Position numbers and translations under genes: made by a program. DNA of 64,000 nucleotides from positions 8,031 through 72,030 of the forward strand of contig CAZDDW010000003.1 of assembly GCA_964504365.1 (NCBI GenBank), written 5' to 3'. Positions 1 through 9,224 of the stretch are shown here, one piece after another. How positions within the stretch are numbered: the stretch's first letter is position 1; every line of letters starts with the position of its first letter. Origin of the DNA: an uncultured Gammaproteobacteria bacterium (GTDB lineage Bacteria > Patescibacteriota > Patescibacteriia > UBA9934 > CAZDDW01). The notes under the pieces were generated by a model. It searched no databases. It had not been told where the DNA came from and saw only the letters and a program-made list of their open reading frames with translations.

Positions 1-520
1 AACTAAGTCCGGTCAAACGAGCTAACGCGATCGTAGCTGAATTATCTGAACCTACTAAACTAGCGTGAAGGATATCGTGAACAGTCACCTGATCATTTAG
101 ATACAAATACAGGTGCCCACCCTCTCGAAGATCCTCATCAGAAACTGCTGCTAAATCATCAAGATCTAAACCGGAACGCAAGGAAACATACGCAGTCATT
201 AATTTAGTGATACTACCAATCGAACGAATTTCATTAGCATTTTTTTCAAACAAAGTACTTCCACTATCTCGATCAAGGACCAATGCACTAACAGCAGTAG
301 TAACAATACCAAGACTACTCTGATCTACTTTTATTGGAGAAGCAGTGGAAGCCAGTGTAGCAATTGGATCAGCCGACCAATCAATCAGCTGCTCAACTCC
401 AAGCGGCCGCGAGGTTGAACTTGGCAGCTGCGCGCGTTGCTCCAATTGCCCAGCATCAATCGGCACGAACTCAACCATTGTCAAAGCCAGAACAACTTGT
501 ATCAAAGCCTTAAAAATCAT
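1..520 (-). CDS. D-alanyl-D-alanine carboxypeptidase (peptidase S11 / PBP5-like), N-terminal part; the gene runs off the window edge
   Basis: Hand translation of the minus strand from the ATG at 520 gives MIFKALIQVVLALTMV (signal-peptide-like), then SIGSITKLMTAY (SxxK active-site motif) and LVGSDNSAT (SxN motif). The ORF track omits it because the 3' end lies beyond position 1. Confidence 0.55.
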   Translation of the reverse strand, partial: MIFKALIQVVLALTMVEFVPIDAGQLEQRAQLPSSTSRPLGVEQLIDWSADPIATLASTASPIKVDQSSLGIVTTAVSALVLDRDSGSTLFEKNANEIRSIGSITKLMTAYVSLRSGLDLDDLAAVSDEDLREGGHLYLYLNDQVTVHDILHASLVGSDNSATIALARLTGLS

Positions 521-1095
521 ACATCCATTTCTGTTTCAGGTTTTGTCTCATCAATAGGGTTCATGTCTGCTAAAACTTGTTCTAAGCTTTCGTGCGCACG
601 AAGGTCATCATAGTCTGGCAAATCCTTCACATTGTGTAGACCAACATGCCGAAGAAAACTATTCGACAATGTGTAAACCGGTTGTAAGCGCGTTTTGTCA
701 TCTTGCTCCTCGATTAGCCCACGCATTAATAAATTACGTAAAATTAGCGAACAATTGATACCTCGAATCTGCTCAATTTCTGGTTTGGTCACTGGTCCAC
801 GGTAAGCGATAATCGTCAGTGTCTCTAATGACGGTCTAGTTAACTCACCTGCCACTTCTTCTTTGACCAAAGACTCAACCACATCTCCGAATGCTGGATT
901 TGTTACTAACTGTAGTTTCCCTTCATGGTCGATCAGGTGTAGACCAGAACTATCAATGTTCAATTGTATTTTCAATTCTTCAATAGCTGTTTCAATCTCT
1001 TGTTTCTTAGAATCCAAAATCTTAACCAAACGATCAACCGCGATCGGCTTACCAGCAACAAACAGTACAGCTTCAATTTTCCCAACCAAAGACAT
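517..1095 (-). CDS. scpB: segregation and condensation protein B
   Basis: 192 aa beginning MSLVGKIEAVLFVAGKP, with the winged-helix ScpB pattern; sits immediately downstream of scpA. Confidence 0.8.
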   Translation of the reverse strand: MSLVGKIEAVLFVAGKPIAVDRLVKILDSKKQEIETAIEELKIQLNIDSSGLHLIDHEGKLQLVTNPAFGDVVESLVKEEVAGELTRPSLETLTIIAYRGPVTKPEIEQIRGINCSLILRNLLMRGLIEEQDDKTRLQPVYTLSNSFLRHVGLHNVKDLPDYDDLRAHESLEQVLADMNPIDETKPETEMDV

Positions 1096-1784
1096 TAGTC
1101 TACTCTTTTAATATTAATATCATCAAATAGGTCTGGCTGACTAACATTAACGATCTTTTGTTTTACTAACTCAAGCAAGGCCAGAAAGTTTACTACCATA
1201 TCAATTTTTGATCCACTGCTCGTGATCTCACTAAATTTGAACCGAGCACGGTCCATAACTGCCTGATGAATATTTTTGATTCGCTCCTGAACCGAGGCCA
1301 CCTGTCGCAGGCTGGCTTTTTGCAAAGCAAGAAATGGCTCTAATCTTTTTACAAGACTACGCATGGCAGATTGAAGAACACTAGCGTCCAACCTTTTCGG
1401 TGGAGCAAACTCAAGAACTTTCTTCACCGGACGCTCACGCACATACATAATTTGATGCTGAGCATACAGCTCTTCAATTGTCTTCGAGGCTTCGACAAAC
1501 TTCTTATACATCTTCAGTTGCTCAGTCAAGTTTCCCTCCTCTTCCTCCTCGATCGTCAGGTCTGGCAAAATTGCCCGTGATTTAATGTAGAGCAGACGTG
1601 AAGCAATAACTAAAAAATCCGCTAACTCCTCCGCTGGTACCTGACCTTTCTCAATATAATCTAAATAGTCTTCAGCAACCTTAGCTAGCGACACCTCCGT
1701 GATTTCCATTTCCTCCTCTTCAATTAACTCAAGCAAAACTTGCAAAGGACCGGCAAATTCCTCCATTTTAAGCTCAAAACTCAT
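1095..1784 (-). CDS. scpA: segregation and condensation protein A
   Basis: 229 aa beginning MSFELKMEEFAGPLQVLLELIEEEEMEITEVSL, typical of ScpA; forms the scpA-scpB pair. Confidence 0.8.
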   Translation of the reverse strand: MSFELKMEEFAGPLQVLLELIEEEEMEITEVSLAKVAEDYLDYIEKGQVPAEELADFLVIASRLLYIKSRAILPDLTIEEEEEGNLTEQLKMYKKFVEASKTIEELYAQHQIMYVRERPVKKVLEFAPPKRLDASVLQSAMRSLVKRLEPFLALQKASLRQVASVQERIKNIHQAVMDRARFKFSEITSSGSKIDMVVNFLALLELVKQKIVNVSQPDLFDDINIKRVD

Positions 1785-1785
1785 G

Positions 1786-3183
1786 TTATTTTTTCTTTTT
1801 TATCTGTATTCCAAGTTCATCAAGTTGCCCTTTTTCAACCTCACTCGGCGCACCAGTCATTGGTTCATTGCCTTCGCTATTCTTTGGAAAAGCAATTACT
1901 TCTCGAATGCTTGGCTCGCCTTCCAAGATCATCATCAAACGATCAATTCCAGGGGCAATCCCACCATGGGGCGGAGCACCGTACTTAAATGCCTCAAGCA
2001 TGTGTCCAAATTTTTTCTCAGCTTCTTCGCCCTTGATTCCAACGATCTCAAGAATCTTCTTTTGCAGTTCTGCATCATGGATACGAATGCTTCCAGATGA
2101 CATTTCATAACCGTTACACACCATGTCAAACAACTGACCCTTAACGTTAAGTGTATCAGAATCTAGTTTGTCCAGATCTTCTTCTGCTGGCATAGTGAAC
2201 ATGTGATGCATCGATTCAGTCTGGCCATTATCATCATTTTTGGTAAATAATGGGAAGTCGACAATCCAGGCAAAGGCCAGCTCATCCGGATCATCTTTGT
2301 CTTTGCGTAAATCTGGTTTATCGGTTCCATACTTTTCCATTGACTCAGCATAGCCCAAGCGAGGCCAAGGTGTAGTCACTTTTTTGTTTGGATACAACTC
2401 CTTAATCATCTTAGTAAACATTTCCTCAGTTATCTGCAAAATCTCTTCCTGAGTCACAAATGACATCTCAACATCAAACTGAGTGAACTCAAGCTGACGA
2501 TCTCCACGAGCATCCTCGTCGCGCAGACATCGAGCCATTTGAAAATAACGCTCATAACCAGCAACCATGAGTAGTTGCTTATACTGCTGTGGTGCCTGCG
2601 GCAAAGCATAAAACTTTCCCTGACTCATTCGACTTGGGACAATATGATCACGAGCACCCTCTGGAGAACTAACTGTTAACAGCGGTGTTTCAATCTCGAT
2701 AAATCCGTTGTCAGTCATGTGATCTCGGAAAAACTTAACCACTTTATCGCGATTACGAATATTCTCTGCTAGTCGTTCAGTGCGCAGATCAAGATAGCGA
2801 TACTTCAAACGCAGTTCCTCGTTAACATCCATGGAATCCTTATCAATCTCAAATGGTGGGGTCTCACAGGTATTCTGAATGACAACCTTCTTGGCCAAAA
2901 TTTCGACTGTACCAGTAGGCAACTTCTCATTCTTCTGCTTTCCACCACGCTCCTGGACAACACCCTCTATTTCAAGCACAAATTCAGGACGAATACCTTC
3001 GATTAATTCCTTTGAAGTATCATCAAGTTCATCTGGAACAATAACAACTTGAAGTAAAGCAGACCGATCGCGCATATCCAAAAAAACGATTTTACCCATG
3101 TTTCGCCGAGAATGTACCCAGCCGTTTAGTCGAACAGTCTGCCCGACTTGTTTTGTTGTTTCTATATTAAGAGTTCTGTCCAT
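1786..3183 (-). CDS. aspS: aspartyl-tRNA synthetase, short form without the GAD insertion
   Basis: Class II motifs RLKYRYLDLR, FRDE and GGIAPGIDRLMMIL...IAFPK are present. The likely start is MDRTLNIETTKQVGQTVRLNGWVHSRR; the long ORF start would overlap asnS. Confidence 0.8.
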   Translation of the reverse strand: MDRTLNIETTKQVGQTVRLNGWVHSRRNMGKIVFLDMRDRSALLQVVIVPDELDDTSKELIEGIRPEFVLEIEGVVQERGGKQKNEKLPTGTVEILAKKVVIQNTCETPPFEIDKDSMDVNEELRLKYRYLDLRTERLAENIRNRDKVVKFFRDHMTDNGFIEIETPLLTVSSPEGARDHIVPSRMSQGKFYALPQAPQQYKQLLMVAGYERYFQMARCLRDEDARGDRQLEFTQFDVEMSFVTQEEILQITEEMFTKMIKELYPNKKVTTPWPRLGYAESMEKYGTDKPDLRKDKDDPDELAFAWIVDFPLFTKNDDNGQTESMHHMFTMPAEEDLDKLDSDTLNVKGQLFDMVCNGYEMSSGSIRIHDAELQKKILEIVGIKGEEAEKKFGHMLEAFKYGAPPHGGIAPGIDRLMMILEGEPSIREVIAFPKNSEGNEPMTGAPSEVEKGQLDELGIQIKKKK

Positions 3184-3187
3184 ATAT

Positions 3188-4477
3188 TTACGGTCTAATT
3201 CGATTGATAAGTCGTGGGAATGGAATAGTTTCCCGAATATGTTTTGTGCCACAGATCCAGCCGGTCAGTCGCTCCAAACCATAACCGAATCCTGAGTGTG
3301 GTACTGATCCGTATTTTCGCAGATCCAAGTACCACTGAAAATCTTCAACTGGAAGCTTGTGCTCTTTGATTCGCTTAAGCAATAAATCATGATCGTCTTC
3401 GCGCTGCGAACCTCCAATAATCTCTCCATACCCTTCTGGTGCCAACAAGTCTGAACACAGAGCAAGATCTGGATTATCTGAATCACGCTTCATATAAAAT
3501 GCTTTCACAGCAGCCGGATATTTTTCTACAAAAATAGGTTTGTCATACTGTTCAGTGAGTTTTGTTTCATCGTCGCCCCCAAGATCATCATTGTCTTTTA
3601 TGTCTGATCCAAGCTCGCGAAGTTTTGTAACAGCCTCAGCGTGAGTCATGCGGACAAATGGTGCCTTTACTTTTTCAAGAGCTGGTATGTCTCGTTCTAA
3701 AACTTTTAGCTCGTGCTCATTCTTTTCCAATACTTTCTCTACAATGAAACACACCAGGTCTTCTTGAATCTTTATATTCTCTTCATGCTCAACAAATGCG
3801 GCCTCAGCATCCATCATCCAGAACTCGGTCAAGTGCCGACGAGTCTTTGACTTCTCTGCCCGGAAAACCGGACCGAAATCAAAAGCACGACCATGACTCA
3901 TGATCGCGGCTTCAAGATACAATTGTCCTGACTGTGACAGGTAAGCCTGTCCTTCATCAAAATATTCAAGCCCGAAAAGTTCAGTTGTTCCCTCGCAAGC
4001 AGATGGGGTCAGAATTGGCGAATCACTTTTAATGAAACCTTCACGATTCAAAAATTCGTAAGTTGCGTTAATGATTGTGTTGCGTATACGTTGGATCGCC
4101 CACTGTCGTTCTGATCGCAACCACAAGTGCCGGTTCTCAAGCAAGAAATCAGGGCCGTGTTCTTTTTTAGAAATCGGATAGTCGTCTGGTGCCAGTTGGA
4201 CAACTTTAATCGAAACTCCTTCTAGTTCAAAACCAGATGGCGCTCGCGACTCTTCTTTAACCACACCCTCGACGATGACAGATGATTCAATCTTCAGATC
4301 CTGCAGCGCCTGCCACTGATCCTCTGGTAAATCAGCTTTTGAGAAAACCACCTGCACTCGGCCGGTTCCATCACGAAACTGCAAAAAAAATATCTTTCCG
4401 CTGGAACGGAAATTATACCCCCATCCTTTCAAGACAACTTTTTCGCTAATTTTAGCGCCAATTTCTGCAACTGTCAT
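3188..4477 (-). CDS. asnS: asparaginyl-tRNA synthetase
   Basis: Carries the FRAEKSKTRRHLTEFWMMDAE and GGSQRE motifs with an N-terminal OB fold (VVLKGWGYNFR). Confidence 0.85.
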   Translation of the reverse strand: MTVAEIGAKISEKVVLKGWGYNFRSSGKIFFLQFRDGTGRVQVVFSKADLPEDQWQALQDLKIESSVIVEGVVKEESRAPSGFELEGVSIKVVQLAPDDYPISKKEHGPDFLLENRHLWLRSERQWAIQRIRNTIINATYEFLNREGFIKSDSPILTPSACEGTTELFGLEYFDEGQAYLSQSGQLYLEAAIMSHGRAFDFGPVFRAEKSKTRRHLTEFWMMDAEAAFVEHEENIKIQEDLVCFIVEKVLEKNEHELKVLERDIPALEKVKAPFVRMTHAEAVTKLRELGSDIKDNDDLGGDDETKLTEQYDKPIFVEKYPAAVKAFYMKRDSDNPDLALCSDLLAPEGYGEIIGGSQREDDHDLLLKRIKEHKLPVEDFQWYLDLRKYGSVPHSGFGYGLERLTGWICGTKHIRETIPFPRLINRIRP

Positions 4478-4494
4478 ATCAACATTCTGAGGCT

Positions 4495-4523
4495 ATTTTA
4501 GCTTATTTTAGGCTTATGTGCAA
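4495..4523 (-). promoter_or_regulatory. sigma70-like promoter of asnS (TTGCAC, 17 nt, TAAAAT on the minus strand)
   Basis: The reverse complement reads TTGCAC ataagcctaaaataagc TAAAAT, ending about 17 nt before the asnS ATG; the spacer contains the TAAGC word seen in other promoters here. Confidence 0.45.
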
Positions 4524-4546
4524 ATCTACTTACTCACACTATCTAA

Positions 4547-4578
4547 AAACCCTGATAACTTACCAGGGTCTTTTATTT
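4547..4578 (-). terminator. rho-independent terminator after the 4601..5683 gene
   Basis: accctg-ataacttacc-agggt hairpin followed by a T-run when read on the minus strand. Confidence 0.5.
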
Positions 4579-4600
4579 GCTCGGTACTAGCCACTGATGA

Positions 4601-5683
4601 TTAGGCCGCCATATCCTTTCCTGTATTTTCAAGCAAACCAGTCAAGTGGGCAAGCATTTCTTCTCTTGCTTGTTTAATTTGATCAGGCTGCAAAAACATT
4701 GCACCGCTTGGGTCAACACCAACATCTTTAAGAAACCCTTGATCATCCGCGCCCTGCACCCGCTCAATAAATCCTGTAATTTGAGCTAAGGCCTTTTCAG
4801 CCCCATCTGAATCTATCAAATCTTGAAATCTTTGCTCACTCAAATTGTCTTTCCATTTATTAAGCCTTTCCATCTGAGCTGCATTTTCTTTTTCTGTTAC
4901 GTCCAAAGATTCGGCTAATCGCTGTGTCTGCAATAATGTATTTTTCCTTCCTACCAATCGACCCCTGGATTTTACCTCAGCTGATTCAATCTTGCCTTGG
5001 AGTGACTTTTGATCTGGCTTATCTACCCTTTGATCAAACTTAGTTGCAAGCGCAATCCCAAATCTCTCGTTTATATCATCAAACTGTTCCCGAATTTCAC
5101 TAAGTTCAGGATCAAGACCGGAGACAGCGTCAGCTATCTCTTCCTTTATTCTCATCACTTCCTGAGCCTCTTCAGGTGTTTTATCAGGTTTAGCAAACAT
5201 CCGATTCCAATCAACAATCTTTGTCCACAACTCATGCGAAGAAGGTTTATCAGGATTAGCTAAAGCCCCTAGTTTACCCTCAGCTGTAACCAACGCATTA
5301 TTCGACTCTGCATCTGAATAGGCAGATTCCAATGAACCCACAAAATCATCAAGGTCTGATTCACCTCTGATTAATTTATCTGCTTCATCTTCATAATGTT
5401 CAGCGCGCTCTTGGCTTGCCTCATCTCGCCCATCAGGATTACGCTGATAGTTCGTCTCACTGGCATTTGCATAAACATTACTATTACCAACTCCAACGTG
5501 CTCTTTGGCCACCAATCCGGTTACCCTTTGTAGCTCAGGCCCTTTTTCAAATCCGACCTCAGCCTTCTCAATAGCGTCAGCATCCAAATCAGGACTTGGT
5601 GCCTCTGGTGATTCTTTTGGAGAACCTTCTTGTTGAGCCTCAAGATGCGCCGCTAATTCGGCAAAACCCATTCCTTCTGCCAT
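4601..5683 (-). CDS. hypothetical acidic protein, no recognisable domain
   Basis: Long minus-strand ORF with a terminator downstream. The start is uncertain: the ORF-track start uses TTG, and ATG candidates lie at 5683 and 5671. Highly acidic and low in complexity. Confidence 0.4.
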   Translation of the reverse strand: MAEGMGFAELAAHLEAQQEGSPKESPEAPSPDLDADAIEKAEVGFEKGPELQRVTGLVAKEHVGVGNSNVYANASETNYQRNPDGRDEASQERAEHYEDEADKLIRGESDLDDFVGSLESAYSDAESNNALVTAEGKLGALANPDKPSSHELWTKIVDWNRMFAKPDKTPEEAQEVMRIKEEIADAVSGLDPELSEIREQFDDINERFGIALATKFDQRVDKPDQKSLQGKIESAEVKSRGRLVGRKNTLLQTQRLAESLDVTEKENAAQMERLNKWKDNLSEQRFQDLIDSDGAEKALAQITGFIERVQGADDQGFLKDVGVDPSGAMFLQPDQIKQAREEMLAHLTGLLENTGKDMAA

Positions 5684-5783
5684 ATAAATAATATTATTAA
5701 TATTTGTGACTACTTTAACCCATTTATCGCTATATTGCAATATATATTGACTTTTGCTAAGCTAAAAACAAGGAGGGCAAAGA

Positions 5784-6050
5784 ATGCCAAAAACAAAAAT
5801 ACCCCGGTCAACCGGGGATACCATTCGTGCAGTGTTCGCTGGCGAGATCGAGCCAAGGCCGGATCCTGAACGTGACCGAGTTACTCGGCAACTGACCGAA
5901 GAAATGTGCGGCACGTACGCCATGGATCACATGCCGAACGTCGGTGCTGAGGGTCCGGTTCGTTCCGAAGAGAATCGTGTCGAAGGTGTTGGTGGCGACC
6001 GCCGCAGCCATCTGCGATCGCCACACTCACGAGCACATCGCCGCCGCTAA
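5784..6050 (+). CDS. small GC-rich hypothetical protein (88 aa) with an Arg/His-rich C-terminus
   Basis: Strong ribosome-binding site aaggagg 8 nt upstream of the ATG, a hairpin terminator immediately downstream, and a GC content far above its neighbours. Confidence 0.4.
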   Translation: MPKTKIPRSTGDTIRAVFAGEIEPRPDPERDRVTRQLTEEMCGTYAMDHMPNVGAEGPVRSEENRVEGVGGDRRSHLRSPHSRAHRRR

Positions 6051-6058
6051 CCAACTTC

Positions 6059-6080
6059 TAGACCCATCTCGGGTCTTTTT
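6059..6080. terminator. bidirectional hairpin terminator between the small ORF and recO
   Basis: tAGACCCatctcGGGTCTttttt, flanked by A's on one side and T's on the other. Confidence 0.55.
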
Positions 6081-6081
6081 C

Positions 6082-6855
6082 TTATACCAAACTAGCAACT
6101 CTTAATGATGTGGCTGGAATGGTTGGAAAATGACAGACCAGGAGTGATTCGACCAGGTCGTGGAATTCGAGCAAGGTCTGGCCAGGGATAGTTGGTTTAA
6201 GAAATTCTGTTGGTGATTCACGTGAAGCAAAGCGGATTAACTTCAAAGCGTCATCTGATATCTCACGCGCAGCAAACCAACTTTCCTGATCAACCATAAC
6301 ACAGCGAGAACAGACTACCCCGCCCTTGAGTCCATGCCAGCGATACGTACCCGGCTCGATCTCTAACTTGCAAGACAAACATCGCGTCAACTCTGGACGA
6401 TATCCTGAAATGCCGAGCAACTTCAAAGCAAAGGCAGCGAGCAAGAATCCAGCACGTTCTTGCGAGATCTCTGGCACACTTTCAATAAATTCAAGCCACT
6501 TTAAAACCTCCTGATACAACACTGGATCCTGCTCTTCGTGACGTGTAGCCAGGTCAACCAGATGCAGTGTCTGGCGCGCCAGGAGCAAACGATTTATGTC
6601 TGTGCAGATTGGATGATACGCTCGCAATCGCTCTACACCAGCAACAGTGTCGACTACACGGCCTCGTACTACCAACAAATCCAGAATCGCGAACGATTCG
6701 AGATGTGGACCAAGCTTGGCTCCAATCTTACGCGAGCCACGAGCATGCAATGACATCTTGCCTCGTTCCTCTGTCAAAACAGAATAAACACGATCATGCT
6801 CTCGATGATCGCGTCGGGCTAAGACTATTCCGTTTGTTTGAAACAGGACTGACAT
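6082..6855 (-). CDS. recO: DNA repair protein RecO
   Basis: 257 aa with an N-terminal OB fold (MSVLFQTNGIVLARRDHREHDRV) and a C-terminal Cys4 zinc motif (CLSC...CSRC). Confidence 0.75.
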   Translation of the reverse strand: MSVLFQTNGIVLARRDHREHDRVYSVLTEERGKMSLHARGSRKIGAKLGPHLESFAILDLLVVRGRVVDTVAGVERLRAYHPICTDINRLLLARQTLHLVDLATRHEEQDPVLYQEVLKWLEFIESVPEISQERAGFLLAAFALKLLGISGYRPELTRCLSCKLEIEPGTYRWHGLKGGVVCSRCVMVDQESWFAAREISDDALKLIRFASRESPTEFLKPTIPGQTLLEFHDLVESLLVCHFPTIPATSLRVASLV

Positions 6856-7247
6856 TATTTGTTTTGATCTAAATACGCTTGCAAGACTAACATGGCAGCC
6901 AGGGCATCGTCCGCAGCCTCAGCACCTTCTTCACGCTGCAAGCGAATGCTCTCAGCGGTTGTGTAGCGTTCGTCTTCTTCGTGGACTGGGATCGAGACAA
7001 CCTCTTGTAAACCTTTAATAAACGACCGTGTCTTTTCTAATTGTGGCGAACCTGGCCCTTCAACCGTAGACAACGGAACCCCTATAACAATCTCATCGAT
7101 CTGTTCAACAGCGATTCGGTCGGCCAGTTTTTGATAAATGTTCTCAACATTCTGGATTACATCCAAAGGCACAGCAATACCGGCTTCTGAATCCCCAAAA
7201 GCTAGTCCGATCTTTTTATCTCCATAGTCGATTCCGAGATACCTCAT
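6855..7247 (-). CDS. ruvX: Holliday-junction resolvase-like RuvX/YqgF
   Basis: MRYLGIDYGDKKIGLAFGD, the RNase H-like YqgF signature. Confidence 0.75.
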   Translation of the reverse strand: MRYLGIDYGDKKIGLAFGDSEAGIAVPLDVIQNVENIYQKLADRIAVEQIDEIVIGVPLSTVEGPGSPQLEKTRSFIKGLQEVVSIPVHEEDERYTTAESIRLQREEGAEAADDALAAMLVLQAYLDQNK

Positions 7248-8020
7248 ACTGGTAGTGGGGTTAAAATCTCAGGACCGGATTCTGTGGCTACCATCGTCAC
7301 TTCAAAGTGAGCCGCCAGCGAGCGATCTGCAGTCACAGCTGTCCAGCCGTCGTCTGCGGTCTCTAATAAATATTCTCCGGCTGTAATCATTGGCTCAAGG
7401 GCCAAACATTCACCTTCTACAATTTTTTTCTTCTTCATTGCTCGATCATAAAAATTTGGAATCCGTGGTTCCTCATGTACTTCATGACCGACTCCGTGTC
7501 CGACCAATTGTCGTACGATTCCATATCCATGCGGTGCAATCGACTTTTCAACAGCCATACCGATATCTGCGATCGTGCCACCGACATGCACAGAAGCAAC
7601 AGCGTCGAGCAAAGCCTGCTTTGTCGCAGCCATTAGATCAGAAGCCTCCTTTGACACATTACCCACTGGCACAGTCACTGCCATGTCCGTGTATAGATCT
7701 TTATATTTGCACCCAAGATCAAGTCCAACAATATCGCCTTCTTTGAGTTCAATGTCGCGATCTGCGGTTCCATGAACAACTTCTTCGTTTATGGAAACGC
7801 ACAATGAACTTGGAAATGGATTGTCATCATGTGGCGTAGAGAAATTCAAAAATGAAGGCTCACCGCCCCCTGCCCTGATCTCAGCTTCTGCGATCTTGTC
7901 CAGCTCAGCAATCTTTGCACCCGGCCGCACCGCTTTGACCGCTTTGCCTAGTGCCTGTGATAGGATCTGCCCACCTTCTCGCATTAACTCAATTTCCTGT
8001 TCAGTCTTCTTTATAGCCAT
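7244..8020 (-). CDS. map: methionine aminopeptidase type I
   Basis: MetAP metal-ligand motifs are present, including DIVGLD and HGVGHEVHE. Confidence 0.85.
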   Translation of the reverse strand: MAIKKTEQEIELMREGGQILSQALGKAVKAVRPGAKIAELDKIAEAEIRAGGGEPSFLNFSTPHDDNPFPSSLCVSINEEVVHGTADRDIELKEGDIVGLDLGCKYKDLYTDMAVTVPVGNVSKEASDLMAATKQALLDAVASVHVGGTIADIGMAVEKSIAPHGYGIVRQLVGHGVGHEVHEEPRIPNFYDRAMKKKKIVEGECLALEPMITAGEYLLETADDGWTAVTADRSLAAHFEVTMVATESGPEILTPLPV

Positions 8021-8022
8021 AT

Positions 8023-8511
8023 TTATTTAACATCTTCAAAGATCCCTAATTTTTTATTCTTTTTAACTTTGTCCCACTGGAAAATATGGCCATTCATGGC
8101 GATATAAACACCGGCCGGCATAGACTGAGCAAAAGCAATAGCACTGCCCAAATTAAATAATCCATCAGAACTACCGAACTTCCAAGGAACCATTGCTCCA
8201 GTCAACACAACGGTCTTGTCTTTAACTTTTTCAGCAACCACTTCTGCGGTATCAACCATAGTGTCAGTACCGTGAGTAATAACAATATTCTTCTCATCAA
8301 CCTCAGCACAATTCTCAGCAACTGTTTTTCGATCTGCATCAGTCATATCCAAAGAATCAATCATCATTAAAGTGCGCATTTCTACATCAACCAAATTTCT
8401 TCCCAACTTAAGCATTTCTGGCAAGTGTGTGTCTTTAAAAAACAACTCACCGTTTAGCTCATTATACTCTTTATCAAACGTCCCTCCGGTTAGAAAAATT
8501 CTTACTTTCAT
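8023..8511 (-). CDS. L-asparaginase-family N-terminal-domain-only protein (162 aa)
   Basis: FLTGGTFDK, ITHGTDTM and VVLTGAM match the asparaginase/glutaminase N-domain motifs; no C-terminal domain follows. Confidence 0.5.
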   Translation of the reverse strand: MKVRIFLTGGTFDKEYNELNGELFFKDTHLPEMLKLGRNLVDVEMRTLMMIDSLDMTDADRKTVAENCAEVDEKNIVITHGTDTMVDTAEVVAEKVKDKTVVLTGAMVPWKFGSSDGLFNLGSAIAFAQSMPAGVYIAMNGHIFQWDKVKKNKKLGIFEDVK

Positions 8512-8513
8512 AA

Positions 8514-9140
8514 TTATATTTTCAGACTTTTAGTTATATTGTTTGCTACTTCCTCAATCGAACCACTGCCATCAATCTCAACCAAAATTCCCATTTCTCG
8601 ATATCGCTCAACCATAGGTTCAGTTTGTTCATGATAAACCTTCAGCCGTTCACGTATCGCCTCTGGTGTATCGTCTTCACGCTGCTCTGGCTTGCCACCA
8701 CAGGGACAACCTTCTGCTGGTGGTGGATTGTATTCAATATGATAAATCCGACCGCAAGCAAAACAGGTGCGCCGCCCAGAAATCCGCTCCACAGCCGTGT
8801 CGTCATCCAGGTTGATCAGTATTGCGTGCGTTGGCTGATCGATTTTTAAAAACAGATCAAGTTGATTCAGGCGCCGAGGAAAGCCGTCAAGGATATAGCC
8901 GTTCTTTGCATCGTCGCGATTCAATCGTTCACGAACAACCTGATCTGTCAGATCATCTGGCAACATCTTACCAGCATTAATTGTCTCATCCACCTGTTTA
9001 CCCAGAGGGTTATCCTGCTCGGCAATCTGACGCAATAGGCGCCCCATAGAAATCGCTGGTATCCCAAGCCTCTCAGACAGCTTTTCCGCCTGAGTACCCT
9101 TCCCAGAGCCCTGCGGCCCAATCATTAATATCTTATGCAT
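8514..9140 (-). CDS. adk: adenylate kinase with a Cys4 zinc lid
   Basis: P-loop MIGPQGSGKGTQ, and the lid motif CFACGRIYH...CPCGG. Confidence 0.85.
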   Translation of the reverse strand: MHKILMIGPQGSGKGTQAEKLSERLGIPAISMGRLLRQIAEQDNPLGKQVDETINAGKMLPDDLTDQVVRERLNRDDAKNGYILDGFPRRLNQLDLFLKIDQPTHAILINLDDDTAVERISGRRTCFACGRIYHIEYNPPPAEGCPCGGKPEQREDDTPEAIRERLKVYHEQTEPMVERYREMGILVEIDGSGSIEEVANNITKSLKI

Positions 9141-9224
9141 ACGCAGACAGTATAGCAAAGGATGAAAGGAATCCAAAGCGAGGTCTTTCGACCCCGCACA
9201 CTTGATACTTACATTATGAAACTT

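Noticed and set aside
345-557. Plus-strand ORF 345..557 at the window start
   Set aside because: It is antisense to a convincing D,D-carboxypeptidase reading frame carrying SxxK and SxN motifs on the minus strand.
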